Shown here: piece by piece, positions 11,383 to 21,806 of the stretch
Layout of the letters: each line of letters starts with the position of its first letter
How positions within the stretch are numbered: position 1 is the first letter of the stretch
Origin: Candidatus Oxydemutatoraceae bacterium
GTDB taxonomy: Bacteria > Pseudomonadota > Gammaproteobacteria > Poriferisulfidales > Oxydemutatoraceae
Assembly (NCBI GenBank): GCA_965218975.1
Contig: OZ244717.1
Span: forward strand, 992,001-1,056,000
Length of the DNA: 64,000 nucleotides
Direction: 5' to 3'
Position numbers and translations under genes: made by a program
The notes under the pieces: generated by a model
Database searches by the model: none
Told to the model about the DNA's origin: nothing
What the model saw: only the letters and a program-made list of their open reading frames with translations

Positions 11383-12597
11383 TTGAATATTTTCCCTACG
11401 CATAATACACGTGTTGTTTCGGGTATGCGTCCCACGGGGGCTTTACATCTCGGGCATTATCACGGCGTGCTAAAAAATTGGTTGAAACTACAAGACTTGC
11501 ATGAATGCTTCTTTTTCGTCGCCGATTTACATGCCATGACCACGCACTACGGCAAAGCTGATCGGTTTGAAGCGAATGTATTTGATATGGTGGTAGATTG
11601 GCTTGCTTGCGGTATCAATCCCGGTGCATCCACTTTGTTTGTTCAATCACGTATCGTCGAACATGTCGAGCTGCATTTATTGTTGTCAATGATTACTCCG
11701 AAAAGTTGGTTAGAGCGTGTGCCAAGCTATAAAGATATGCAGGAAAAGTTGACGGACGATCTGACAACCTATGGCTTTTTAGGTTATCCCTTGCTACAGT
11801 CGGCGGACATTTTAATTTATAAAGCCAGCTTAGTGCCGGTCGGTGAAGATCAAATGTCGCACATTGAGCTAACTCGCGAAGTTGCCAGACGGTTTAATTA
11901 TATTTTTGGGCGCGAAGAAAATTTCCTTGAAAAAATTGAGGTGGCGCTAAACAAAATGGGTAAAAAAAACGCAAAGTTGTATCAAGATCATAGGAAAAAA
12001 TTCCAAGAAAAGGGTGATGTTGAAGCATTTTCAGCCGCATGCGCATTAGTGAATGCCCAGCAAAATACTTCAATCGGCGATGCCGAGCGACTGATCGGCT
12101 ATCTTGATGGTTCCGGCAGAGTCCTTTTGCCGGAACCGCAAGCTTTGTTGACGGATGCGGCAAAAATTCCCGGCACCGATGGTGAGAAAATGTCCAAATC
12201 GTATAATAATACGATCACTTTGCGTGAATCCGATGAATCCATCGAGAAAAAAATTCGCGCGATGGTGACTGATCCGGCAAGAGCGAGGCGTGTTGATCCG
12301 GGCGACCCTGAAAAATGCCCGGTTTGGCAGTTGCATCATATATACTCTAACGATGCGGTAAAAAGCTGGGTTGTAGAAGGATGCAAAAGCGCCGGTATCG
12401 GTTGCGTTGAATGCAAGCAGCCGGTGATTGACTCAATGAAAGCGGAGATCGGGCCGATTCGTCAACAGGCGTTAGAATATGCGCGGGACAAGCAGACCAT
12501 CCACAAAATTATTTTGGAGGGCAATGAGGCAGCGCGCGAAGTCGCAGGTGAGACTTTGACTGAATTGCGCCAAGTAATGGGTTTGTTATACTATTGA
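11383..12597 (+). CDS. trpS: Tryptophan--tRNA ligase
   Basis: SGMRPTGALHLGHY (HIGH), GYPLLQSADIL, VPVGEDQ, KMSKS. Confidence 0.97.
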   Translation: MNIFPTHNTRVVSGMRPTGALHLGHYHGVLKNWLKLQDLHECFFFVADLHAMTTHYGKADRFEANVFDMVVDWLACGINPGASTLFVQSRIVEHVELHLLLSMITPKSWLERVPSYKDMQEKLTDDLTTYGFLGYPLLQSADILIYKASLVPVGEDQMSHIELTREVARRFNYIFGREENFLEKIEVALNKMGKKNAKLYQDHRKKFQEKGDVEAFSAACALVNAQQNTSIGDAERLIGYLDGSGRVLLPEPQALLTDAAKIPGTDGEKMSKSYNNTITLRESDESIEKKIRAMVTDPARARRVDPGDPEKCPVWQLHHIYSNDAVKSWVVEGCKSAGIGCVECKQPVIDSMKAEIGPIRQQALEYARDKQTIHKIILEGNEAAREVAGETLTELRQVMGLLYY

Positions 12598-13403
12598 TGG
12601 AACAAGAGCAAGCAACAACGGAACGAGTCGAACGGCAAGCTTTTGCCGTTGTCGAAGGTCGTTTTTTGCACAGCGCTCCTGAGGACTTGTACATTCCCCC
12701 GAACGCATTGTACGTTTTTCTTGAAGCGTTTGAAGGACCGCTCGACTTATTGCTGTATTTAATCAAGAGGCAAAACATTGACATCCTAAAGTTGCCGATC
12801 ACACCCATCACCGAACAATATATTCAATATATTGAAATGATGCGTGAGTTTCACTTGGAGATTGCCGCGGAGTATCTGGCGATGGCGGCGCTACTCGCTG
12901 AAATTAAGTCGCGGATGTTGCTGCCGCAACCGCGGCAAGACGAAGACGAGAAAGATCCGCGTGCCGAGTTGATTCGTCGTCTACTGGAGTATCAGCGATT
13001 CAAGCAAGCGGCCGACTCGATCGGAGTCATGCAGCGTATGGAGAAAGACACGTTTGAGGTTGGCGCCGACACATCCGATTTGCTTGTTGAAAAAGTATAC
13101 CCGGAAGTTAAGTTAGAAACGATCCTGATGGCGTTCCAAGATGCTTTGCGCAAGGCTGATTTATATCGCAGCCATCATATTAAACGTGAGCCATTGTCGA
13201 TACGTGAGCGTATGACAATCATTTTGTCATTGGTTTCCACCACCGAACTGATTCCGTTCAGTCAATGCTTTATGTCTGAAGAAGGGCGTAGCGGTATTGT
13301 CGTCAGTTTGCTTTCTTTACTTGAGATGCTACGTTCCGGTATCATTGAAGTAGTACAAACCGAATCTTACGGGCAGATTTACTTGCGCGCGTCATCGGCA
13401 TAA
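12594..13403 (+). CDS. scpA: Segregation/condensation protein A
   Basis: FEGPLDLLLYLI, AEYLAMAALLAEIKSRMLLP, DPRAELIRRLLEY. Confidence 0.95.
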   Translation: MMEQEQATTERVERQAFAVVEGRFLHSAPEDLYIPPNALYVFLEAFEGPLDLLLYLIKRQNIDILKLPITPITEQYIQYIEMMREFHLEIAAEYLAMAALLAEIKSRMLLPQPRQDEDEKDPRAELIRRLLEYQRFKQAADSIGVMQRMEKDTFEVGADTSDLLVEKVYPEVKLETILMAFQDALRKADLYRSHHIKREPLSIRERMTIILSLVSTTELIPFSQCFMSEEGRSGIVVSLLSLLEMLRSGIIEVVQTESYGQIYLRASSA

Positions 13404-14087
13404 TTGAATAGTTTAATGATGGATAGCGTAATGATCAGACAAGCGGTTGAAGCACTATTGCTTGCAACCAAATGTCCGCTTGCGGTTCGGGATTTGGCGC
13501 AACTTTTGACGCACAACAATAATCAACCGTCCGTGCGACAAATTGAGTCGGCAATCAAAGAATTGCATGATGAGTGCTCAGATCGCGGCATTGAATTGAC
13601 TGAAGTCGCATCAGGTTATCGCTATCAAACTCGTCCTTCATTTGCGCCATGGGTGGCAAAACTCTGGGAGGAAAGACCGCCACGCTATTCGCGAGCATTA
13701 CTTGAAACATTGGCTCTGATCGCTTATCGTCAACCGATCACTCGCGCCAAAATTGAAGAGGTGCGTGGAGTTGCAGTGAGCAGTAGCATTATTCAATTGT
13801 TGGAGGAGCGCCATTGGGTTAAAACTTTGGGGCGCAAAGAAACTCCCGGCAGACCGCTTCTGTACGGCACGACCAAAGCATTCCTTGATTATTTCAACCT
13901 ACGTTCGCTTGATGAGTTGCCGGCGTTGATGGATTTGGAAAAAGTGGCGCAACTGTATCCCGAGCTGAATGTTTCAGGTTCTAGGCTTACTAAGACTTCA
14001 GACGGCTCTGCGGATGGCATCTCTAAAGAGAGTGATCACGGGGGAGATACGAATGTCGCCGAAGCAACCGATATCGGTGAACATTAA
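13404..14087 (+). CDS. scpB: SMC-Scp complex subunit ScpB
   Basis: EVASGYRYQ, YSRALLETLALIAYRQPITR, PGRPLLYGTTKAFLDYFNL. Confidence 0.95.
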   Translation: MNSLMMDSVMIRQAVEALLLATKCPLAVRDLAQLLTHNNNQPSVRQIESAIKELHDECSDRGIELTEVASGYRYQTRPSFAPWVAKLWEERPPRYSRALLETLALIAYRQPITRAKIEEVRGVAVSSSIIQLLEERHWVKTLGRKETPGRPLLYGTTKAFLDYFNLRSLDELPALMDLEKVAQLYPELNVSGSRLTKTSDGSADGISKESDHGGDTNVAEATDIGEH

Positions 14088-14902
14088 TGTCAAGCGTCAG
14101 TCATAAACATAGATCGGAAGTATTTTTGGAACCGGAGCGCATCCAAAAACTTTTAGCCGGACACGGATTAGGTTCGCGGCGTGAGATTGAGTTATTAATT
14201 GCCGAAGGTCGAGTGCAAGTCAACGGGCATACCGTACGCCTAGGCGATAAAGCAACTTCGGTTGACGAGATATTGATTGATCAAAAAAGAGTGAGTGTTC
14301 GCCGACAGATTATATCTTGCGCACTGCTATATCATAAACCTTGCAGTATGTTGGTTACTCGTAAAGACCCGCGAAAACGCCCGACCGTGTTCTCAATGTT
14401 GCCTAAACCGTTACAAGGCCGGTGGGTCGCAGTCGGACGACTTGACTGTAATACATCCGGGTTACTAATTGTTTGCAATGATGGTGAGTTGGTAGCTAGG
14501 ATGATGCATCCGTCATATCGGCTTGAGCGTGAATATCGCGTACGTGTTTACGGTCACGTGACCAAACGCATTTTGCACAATCTTCGTGAAGGTGTATTGC
14601 TGGGTGGGCGATATGCGAAATTTGACATGGTGGAACCGTGTACCGCGACCGAAGTTCATGGAGTGAACCGTTGGTTTCGGGTCGTACTAAGCGAGGGGAG
14701 AAATCGTGAAGTGCGGCGCTTATGGCAGTCGCAAGGAATGGAAGTGAGTCGTTTGGAACGGACTCGTTTTTGTTTCCTACGGCTAGATACTTCGCTTGGA
14801 ACTTGGCGTTGGTTGACAGCAGACGAATTGACTCGGCTTTACCAACGAGTGAATTTGCCGGCCGCGCATTATTTAACTCGGATTGGAACGCAACGTAAAT
14901 GA
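14087..14902 (+). CDS. rluB: 23S rRNA pseudouridine synthase RluB family
   Basis: S4 domain ERIQKLLA..GSRREIE, catalytic VGRLDCNTSGL, EGRNREVRRLW; scpAB-rluB synteny. Confidence 0.88.
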   Translation: MSSVSHKHRSEVFLEPERIQKLLAGHGLGSRREIELLIAEGRVQVNGHTVRLGDKATSVDEILIDQKRVSVRRQIISCALLYHKPCSMLVTRKDPRKRPTVFSMLPKPLQGRWVAVGRLDCNTSGLLIVCNDGELVARMMHPSYRLEREYRVRVYGHVTKRILHNLREGVLLGGRYAKFDMVEPCTATEVHGVNRWFRVVLSEGRNREVRRLWQSQGMEVSRLERTRFCFLRLDTSLGTWRWLTADELTRLYQRVNLPAAHYLTRIGTQRK

Positions 14903-16737
14903 TGGCAGAGATGAAACAATTATCTTCGGCACATGGTGTGCGCATGAGCGGCGCCGATACGATCATACAGGTATTGGCGGATATGAACGTTGATACGATT
15001 TTCGGTTATAGCGGCGGGGCGATTTTACCGACTTATGACGCCATTTTTCGTTTTAATAAAAAACACGGCCGGGATTTAATCAATTTAGTGGTTCCGGCCA
15101 ACGAACAGGGTGCCGGTTTTATGGCGGCAGGTTATGCTCGTGCCAGCGGTCGGCCAGGTGTTGCGATGGTGACTTCAGGGCCGGGTGCTACAAACAGCGT
15201 TACGCCGGTACGTGATTGCATGGCGGACTCAATTCCGATTGTATTGATTTGCGGACAAGTGCCGGTCCATGCAATTGGCACCGACGCTTTTCAAGAAGCC
15301 CCGATTTTTAATATCATGGCGTCATGCGCCAAGCACGTATTTTTAGTGAAGGATCCGACACGGCTTGAAGCAACAGTGCGTAGCGCATTTGCGATTGCTA
15401 CTTCGGGTAGACCGGGGCCGGTTGTTGTGGATATTCCTAAGGATGTGCAAAACTGGGAGGGCGAATATCAAGGTCAGGGGATACTTGAATTGAGTGGATA
15501 TTGGGAGCGTATAAAACAGCGGCGGAATAATGTTCTAACTCCGCAATCGGCCGCTAAATTTTTCAGTTTGTTAAAACGCTCGCAGTATCCGTTGCTGTAT
15601 ATTGGCGGTGGTGCATTACATGCCGATGCGAGTGCTGATTTACGCAAATTTATTGACCGTTATCAAGTGCCGTTTGTAACGACCTTAATGGGAATCGGCG
15701 CGGTTGATACTACGCATCCGTTATGCTTGCATATGCTTGGCATGCACGGCACCGCGTATGCCAATTACGCGGTAGAGGACTGTGATTTGTTAATTGCGTT
15801 AGGCGCCCGATTCGATGATAGAGTTGCCGGGCAACCGCAAACTTTCGCGCCCAATGCAAAATCAATCCTGCATATTGATATTGACAGTGCTGAAATTGGT
15901 AAAGTTAAAGCAGTTCATTGGTCGCATCATGGCGATGCTGCCGAAACTTTGCGCCAACTAATGCGCTATGACGATGGTTTTGCTGCGGACTTTACTCAAT
16001 GGCATCGGCAGATTAAGCGATTAAAGACTAAGTATGCGTTGAATTATGATCGCGACAGCGATTTGGTGCAACCTTACTATGTAATGGAGCAACTCAAGGA
16101 ATTGACGCGCGGGGAAGCGATTATTACCACCGGGGTCGGACAGCATCAAATGTGGGCGGCGCAATACCTAGATTATCGTTCACCGCGCAGCTGGCTGACT
16201 TCAGGTTCGATGGGAACGATGGGGTTTGGCTTGCCGGCAGCAATCGGTGCACAATTTGCCCGGCCCGATAAAAAAGTATTTGATATTGATGGCGATGGTA
16301 GTTTGCGTATGAATTTTGGCGAGCTGGAAACAGTGACTACTTATAAACTGCCCATCAAGATATTATTGCTTAATAACCATGGAGATGGCATGGTGCGCCA
16401 GTGGCAAAAGCTATTTTTCAAACATCGTTTTTCAGGTAGCGATAAATCTCTACATCGCAAGGACTTTATTAAGGCTGCCGAGGCCGATGGGTTTTTATTT
16501 GCTAAACGGATAGAAAAAAAAGCCGATGTGGCGCCGATTCTCAAGGAATTTGTTGCAACCGATCAGCCGGCGTTTCTTGAAGTAATAATTGATAAAGATG
16601 CGGGCGTTTATCCGATGGTAAATCCCGGCACCGGTTACAAACAGATGATCACCGGCGATTATATTCCTAAACGCTCGCAGGATGATGAATTAGATGAGTT
16701 TAGAGAAAATCCGGTAAGTAGCCAGAATATGTTTTAG
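14899..16737 (+). CDS. ilvB: Biosynthetic-type acetolactate synthase large subunit
   Basis: IFGYSGGAILP, EQGAGFMAAGYAR, TSGPGATN, GTDAFQE, MLGMHG, RFDDRV, VGQHQMWAAQ, GDGS..NN, GMVRQWQ. Confidence 0.88.
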   Translation: MMAEMKQLSSAHGVRMSGADTIIQVLADMNVDTIFGYSGGAILPTYDAIFRFNKKHGRDLINLVVPANEQGAGFMAAGYARASGRPGVAMVTSGPGATNSVTPVRDCMADSIPIVLICGQVPVHAIGTDAFQEAPIFNIMASCAKHVFLVKDPTRLEATVRSAFAIATSGRPGPVVVDIPKDVQNWEGEYQGQGILELSGYWERIKQRRNNVLTPQSAAKFFSLLKRSQYPLLYIGGGALHADASADLRKFIDRYQVPFVTTLMGIGAVDTTHPLCLHMLGMHGTAYANYAVEDCDLLIALGARFDDRVAGQPQTFAPNAKSILHIDIDSAEIGKVKAVHWSHHGDAAETLRQLMRYDDGFAADFTQWHRQIKRLKTKYALNYDRDSDLVQPYYVMEQLKELTRGEAIITTGVGQHQMWAAQYLDYRSPRSWLTSGSMGTMGFGLPAAIGAQFARPDKKVFDIDGDGSLRMNFGELETVTTYKLPIKILLLNNHGDGMVRQWQKLFFKHRFSGSDKSLHRKDFIKAAEADGFLFAKRIEKKADVAPILKEFVATDQPAFLEVIIDKDAGVYPMVNPGTGYKQMITGDYIPKRSQDDELDEFRENPVSSQNMF

Positions 16738-16799
16738 CGCAACCACGGGTTCTTTATAATTATTAAAACCCGTTAAGAAAAAGACAGGAGAAATATGCA

Positions 16800-18461
16800 A
16801 TGAAAGCAGCGGAACTGTTTGTCAAATGTTTGGAAAATGAAGGTGTTGAATACATTTTTGGCATTCCCGGCGAAGAAAACATTGATCTGATGGATGCTTT
16901 ACTTGACAGTAATATTCGCTTTATCACAACACGACACGAGCAAGGCGCCGCATTTATGGCGGATGTGTACGGCAGGCTCACTGGTAAACCCGGTGTATGT
17001 CTCAGCACTTTAGGCCCCGGCGCCACGAATCTAATTACCGGCTTCGCCGATGCCAATATGGACAACGCACCGATCGTCGGGATTGCCGGACAGGGCACGA
17101 CAGCCCGAATGCATAAGGAAAGCCATCAGATCCTTGATCTTGTTAACTTGTTTAAGCCAATTTCAAAATACAGTATCGGTTTGCGCACAGCGGAAGTGAT
17201 TCCGGAAGTGGTGCGCAAGGCATTTCGCGATGCAGCCAGCGAAAAACCGGGCGGGAGCTTTATTGATTTGCCGGAAAATATTGCCAAAGCCGAAGTATCT
17301 GACGGTCTGCACCCCTTGCTGATTAGCACTCCCGATATTATGAAAGCGTCGGAAGCGGCAATTGAGCGGGCAGCCGATTTGATTGCACAGGCAAAATTTC
17401 CGGTGGTGTTGGTCGGCAACGGTGTAATTCGTTCCGGCGCTTGCGATGCCTTGCGTATGTTTGCTGAAACATTACAAATACCCGTTGCGAATACATTTAT
17501 GGCAAAAGGCAGCCTGTCTTTTTCACACAAATTGAGTTTGGGAACCATCGGTTTGCAAGCTCAGGATTATGTTACTTGCGGACTTTCGTACGCCGATGTA
17601 ATCATCTGTGCCGGTTATGATATGGTTGAGTATCATCCGAAACTATGGAACCCGGACGCCGATAAAGCTATTATTCATGTTGCCCCGATTGCTGCCGAAA
17701 CCGATGCTTGCTACATTCCAAAATGTCCGGTGATTGGGGATATCGGAACTTCATTACAAAGCATTACGCAGATATGTAATTCAAAACGAGACAAGCAAAC
17801 GTGTCGAGAAAAACCGGAATATGCTAATGCTTTACGCAAGCTTATCGCAGAAGATTTTACGGCGTACGCAAACGACTCAGGTTTCCCGGTCAAACCGCAA
17901 AAAATTGTTTGTGATTTGCATCAGGCGGTAAATTCCCGCGATATTGTCATTAGCGATGTCGGTGCACATAAAATGTGGATGGCACGTATGTATCAGGCCG
18001 AACAACCGAACACTTGTCTGATTTCCAATGGTTTTGCTTCAATGGGAATTGCGGTACCGGGGGCAATTGCCGCTAAATTGGTGCACCCAGACCGGAATAT
18101 AGTGGCTGTTACCGGCGATGCGGGTTTTATGATGAACTCGCAGGAGATGGAAACTGCGCTACGAATCGGCACGCCGATCGTAATTCTAATTTGGAAGGAT
18201 AATGCGTATGGCTTGATTGCTTGGCATCAGTTGAAAGAATTTGGTCGGACAAGTCACATTAACTTTACCAATCCCGACTTTGTAAAATATGCGGAAAGCT
18301 TTGGTGCAAAAGCTTATCGCGTTGAAGCGGCCGCTGATTTGCTGCCGATCATCAAACGTGCGTTAGCCGATGAAACGGTGGTGGTAATTGATTGTCCGGT
18401 TGATTATTCGATGAATATGAAATTTACCGAACAGATGGGTAACTTGGTTTGCCCAATTTGA
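16800..18461 (+). CDS. ThDP-dependent ALS-like enzyme; candidate 2-oxoglutarate decarboxylase (OgdA-like)
   Basis: CLENEGVEYIFGIPGEEN, RHEQGAAFMADVYGRLTGK, DVGAHKMWMAR, PNTCLISNGFASMG, GDAGFMMNSQE. Confidence 0.8.
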   Translation: MKAAELFVKCLENEGVEYIFGIPGEENIDLMDALLDSNIRFITTRHEQGAAFMADVYGRLTGKPGVCLSTLGPGATNLITGFADANMDNAPIVGIAGQGTTARMHKESHQILDLVNLFKPISKYSIGLRTAEVIPEVVRKAFRDAASEKPGGSFIDLPENIAKAEVSDGLHPLLISTPDIMKASEAAIERAADLIAQAKFPVVLVGNGVIRSGACDALRMFAETLQIPVANTFMAKGSLSFSHKLSLGTIGLQAQDYVTCGLSYADVIICAGYDMVEYHPKLWNPDADKAIIHVAPIAAETDACYIPKCPVIGDIGTSLQSITQICNSKRDKQTCREKPEYANALRKLIAEDFTAYANDSGFPVKPQKIVCDLHQAVNSRDIVISDVGAHKMWMARMYQAEQPNTCLISNGFASMGIAVPGAIAAKLVHPDRNIVAVTGDAGFMMNSQEMETALRIGTPIVILIWKDNAYGLIAWHQLKEFGRTSHINFTNPDFVKYAESFGAKAYRVEAAADLLPIIKRALADETVVVIDCPVDYSMNMKFTEQMGNLVCPI

Positions 18462-18508
18462 TAATTAGTCTGATACCGTAATGAATATGGGCAGCCGAGA
18501 GAAAGAAA

Positions 18509-19942
18509 ATGATTAAACATTATTCTGCTAAAGTGTTGAATGGCAGCGTTACAGATAGGCTCGAAGTAACCGCTCCTTGGGACGGCAGTTTGGTTGGTTC
18601 GGTTGATGTGGTAGGAGGCGATGTGATGCAATCAGCGCTACAGTCAGCCTACGCGTTGTATCAAGATCGTAGTCAATGGCTGTCGGCACAACACCGGATA
18701 GAAATTTTGGATAAAGCCAAGCGCATCGTGCTTGATCGTGTCGAAGAGTTGGCGTTGCAAGTATCCAAAGAAAGTGGCAAACCTTTGGTTGATTCGCGTA
18801 TCGAATTGATCCGGGCGGCCGATGGGTTGCAAAGTTGTATTGATTGTATTCGTACACATCATGGCGAAGAAATACCGATGGGTATTAGCGCATCTTCTGT
18901 CAACCGCATTGCATTTACTACCTATGAACCTATTGGGACCGTAATGGCGTATAGCGCGTTTAACCACCCATTTAATTTGATTGTGCATCAAGTTGCGCCG
19001 GCAGTAGCAGCAGGATGCCCGGTAATTGTCAAACCTGCTCATAAGGCACCATTGTCGTGTTTCGCATTTGTTGAGATTCTTTACGAAGCAGGTTTGCCCG
19101 AAGGGTACTGCCGATCACTGGTGGTTGATCTTGATGTGGCGCAACAAACGGTTGCCGATGAGCGGATTGGATTTTTTAGTTTTATAGGAAGCGGTAAGGT
19201 CGGATGGATGCTACGTAGCCGACTTTCGCCGGGGACGCGTTGTGCGCTTGAGCACAGCGGCGTCGCGCCGGTGATTATTGCCGAAGATGCCGACCTTGAC
19301 GGATGTTTGCCTTTAATTGCCCGTGGAGGGTTTTATCACGCCGGACAAGTTTGTGTTTCGGTACAGAGAGTTTTTGCGCACGAATCAATTGTTCGCCAGG
19401 TTGCGGAACGGTTGGCATCACAGGCAGACGCCATGATTATTGGTGACCCGACTTCTGCCGATACGGATGTCGGTCCTTTGATTCGCCACAGTGAAGTTCA
19501 ACGCGTCGGTAATTGGGTTGATGAGGCGGTTGCCAATGGCGCCGAACTGATTTGCGGCGGGAAGGCAATGTCGGACAGTTGCTACCATTGCACTGTGCTG
19601 TTGAATCCTGCCGACGATGCGACAATATCGCGTCATGAAGTGTTCGGTCCGGTTATCTGTGTCTATTCGTATACTGAAATAGATGATGCAATTCGACGTG
19701 CCAATAACGTGCCGTTTTCATTTCAGGCGGCAGTATTATCTCGCAACGTTGATACCGCGATGTATTGCTTCAGACGACTGAACGCGGCGGCGGTTTTTAT
19801 AAACGATCATACCGCATTTCGCGTTGACTGGATGCCATTTGCCGGTCACAAAACTTCCGGTTACGGCACGGGCGGTATCGCTTATACCTATGAAGATATG
19901 CAGGCGAGAAAATTATTTGTTCTGCGGTCGGGAAGTTTGTGA
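18509..19942 (+). CDS. NAD(P)-dependent aldehyde dehydrogenase; candidate succinate-semialdehyde dehydrogenase
   Basis: FNHPFN, VKPA, FIGSGKVG, LEH, catalytic GQVCVS, EVFGP. Confidence 0.85.
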   Translation: MIKHYSAKVLNGSVTDRLEVTAPWDGSLVGSVDVVGGDVMQSALQSAYALYQDRSQWLSAQHRIEILDKAKRIVLDRVEELALQVSKESGKPLVDSRIELIRAADGLQSCIDCIRTHHGEEIPMGISASSVNRIAFTTYEPIGTVMAYSAFNHPFNLIVHQVAPAVAAGCPVIVKPAHKAPLSCFAFVEILYEAGLPEGYCRSLVVDLDVAQQTVADERIGFFSFIGSGKVGWMLRSRLSPGTRCALEHSGVAPVIIAEDADLDGCLPLIARGGFYHAGQVCVSVQRVFAHESIVRQVAERLASQADAMIIGDPTSADTDVGPLIRHSEVQRVGNWVDEAVANGAELICGGKAMSDSCYHCTVLLNPADDATISRHEVFGPVICVYSYTEIDDAIRRANNVPFSFQAAVLSRNVDTAMYCFRRLNAAAVFINDHTAFRVDWMPFAGHKTSGYGTGGIAYTYEDMQARKLFVLRSGSL

Positions 19943-21303
19943 ATGCCGTACGACTGAGCCAGTCTAAAGCTTCGGATCAAACGATCTGTTGTGATGCCGC
20001 AGACTTCGGTTTGTATTCCGAGCTGATTTCTCCGGGCGCATTGAATGTGATCGCGACCTTACAAGCCGCCGGCTATCAGACATATATTGTCGGTGGCAGT
20101 ATCCGTGACATCCTACTTGATAATTCGCCGAAGGATTTTGATGTTGCAACATGTGCAACACCGCATCAGATTGTGCGCAACTTTTCCCGTAGCCGTATTG
20201 TCGGCAAGCGCTTCAAGATTGTGCACGTGCGTTTACAACGAGAATTGATCGAAGTAACAACATTTCGTTCAATGTTACGACCTGATGCGACTAATAATCA
20301 AGTTACCAGAGACGGGATGATCATCGCGGACAATGAATACGGTAATCTTGAAGAGGATATGATGCGCCGCGACTTTACCGTCAACGCAATCTACTATGAT
20401 CCTTTCAACAATCAGTTGATAGCACACGCGGATGCGCTTGCCGATATTAAGCATGGCCGACTTCGGTTTATCGGCGACGCATGGCAACGTTATCGCGAAG
20501 ATCCGGTGCGGATATTACGCGCGATACGCTTGGCTTCAAAAACCGGCTTGAAACTTGATGGCAAGGCAGTTCGAGCTATTGCACCATTATCACCTCTGTT
20601 ACACGAAGTGTCGTCGGCAAGACTATTCGAAGAAGCCATCAAATTGTTTCATTGCGGCGCGGCATTATCAGCGTGCCTTTTATTACAGCGTTACCGATTA
20701 TTTAGTATGTTGTTCCCACTGGCGGCAAAGGCTTTGGAAAATGATACCGGTGGCAAGCAAGCAGCATTGCTAAAAGCCTTATTTGTCAGTACAGATCAGC
20801 GAATTGCCGACGACAAGCCGGTGATTCCTTCTTTTGCAATCGCGATTATTCTTTGGTTGTCGCTGTCATCGCTTGCTCGGAGCCGTAACGTTTCACCGCA
20901 TCGAAAGGCCGATTTATCCCTACTTGAGGAGTGCCGGCCGCCGGATAAAATTCAGACTGGCCCGGAATTAAGATCTGCGCTGTGCCGAATATTGGATTTT
21001 CAAAACAGTTATGTATTTATACCTAGGAGGATTGCCGGAATCAGTCTTGAGATTTGTTTGCTGCAACTACGATTTGAAAACCGCAGAGTTAGAAGCATGC
21101 ATTATTTGTTTGAACATGTACGCTTTCGGGCGGCGTATGATTTTTTTTGTTTGTGTGCCGAAGCAGGCTTAGCAAGCCGCGAATCTGCGCTATGGTGGAC
21201 AAAATTACAGGAGATGGATGAGAAAAGCCGGCAACATGCCATAAAACAACGTGCCGAAAAGAATCTTCGTCCGCATTTTGCAAGAAAACGCAAGGAGCGG
21301 TAA
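19939..21303 (+). CDS. pcnB: Poly(A) polymerase I
   Basis: YIVGGSIRD...PKDFDVAT, IVGKRFKIVHV, EVTTFR, RRDFTVNA, EDPVRILRA; pcnB-folK synteny. Confidence 0.93.
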   Translation: MNAVRLSQSKASDQTICCDAADFGLYSELISPGALNVIATLQAAGYQTYIVGGSIRDILLDNSPKDFDVATCATPHQIVRNFSRSRIVGKRFKIVHVRLQRELIEVTTFRSMLRPDATNNQVTRDGMIIADNEYGNLEEDMMRRDFTVNAIYYDPFNNQLIAHADALADIKHGRLRFIGDAWQRYREDPVRILRAIRLASKTGLKLDGKAVRAIAPLSPLLHEVSSARLFEEAIKLFHCGAALSACLLLQRYRLFSMLFPLAAKALENDTGGKQAALLKALFVSTDQRIADDKPVIPSFAIAIILWLSLSSLARSRNVSPHRKADLSLLEECRPPDKIQTGPELRSALCRILDFQNSYVFIPRRIAGISLEICLLQLRFENRRVRSMHYLFEHVRFRAAYDFFCLCAEAGLASRESALWWTKLQEMDEKSRQHAIKQRAEKNLRPHFARKRKER

Positions 21304-21806
21304 TGGTGCTCGCCGCAATCGCATTGGGGGCAAATCTGGGTAATCCGTGTGCGGCGATTCAATCTGCCATCAATGCGTTAGGCCGGAAAGATAATATTCA
21401 TTTGTTGGTGCGTTCTAGCTTGTATAGTAGCGCCGCGGTCGGGCCCGCGGGACAACCGGATTATATTAACGCTGCTATTATGGCGGAAGTTAGCTTGTCC
21501 CCCCTATCATTACTCGATTGCCTACAAAAGTTGGAATTGCATTATGGCCGGACGCGCGACGTCAAACATTGGGGGCCGCGCGAATTGGATTTGGATTTGA
21601 TCACTTACGGCGACGAAATTATTCACAATGCCCGATTGGTTGTACCGCACCCGGAAGCATACCATCGTTGCTTTGTGTTAGCGCCGTTAGCGGAGATCGC
21701 TCCGCATTTAGTTTTGCCCGGATGTGGCATGGTGGCGACTTTGCTGGCAAAGTGCGATACCGGCACGGTGCGCAAAGTCAATGCGCGCATACGGGAACAT
21801 GGCTGA
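21303..21806 (+). CDS. folK: 2-amino-4-hydroxy-6-hydroxymethyldihydropteridine diphosphokinase
   Basis: IALGANLG, QPDYINAA, WGPRELDLD, VPHP...R.FVLAPL. Confidence 0.95.
   Translation: MVLAAIALGANLGNPCAAIQSAINALGRKDNIHLLVRSSLYSSAAVGPAGQPDYINAAIMAEVSLSPLSLLDCLQKLELHYGRTRDVKHWGPRELDLDLITYGDEIIHNARLVVPHPEAYHRCFVLAPLAEIAPHLVLPGCGMVATLLAKCDTGTVRKVNARIREHG

Noticed and set aside
11880-12130. Insertion in TrpS making it ~400 aa
   Set aside because: This long form is common in Beta- and Gammaproteobacteria.
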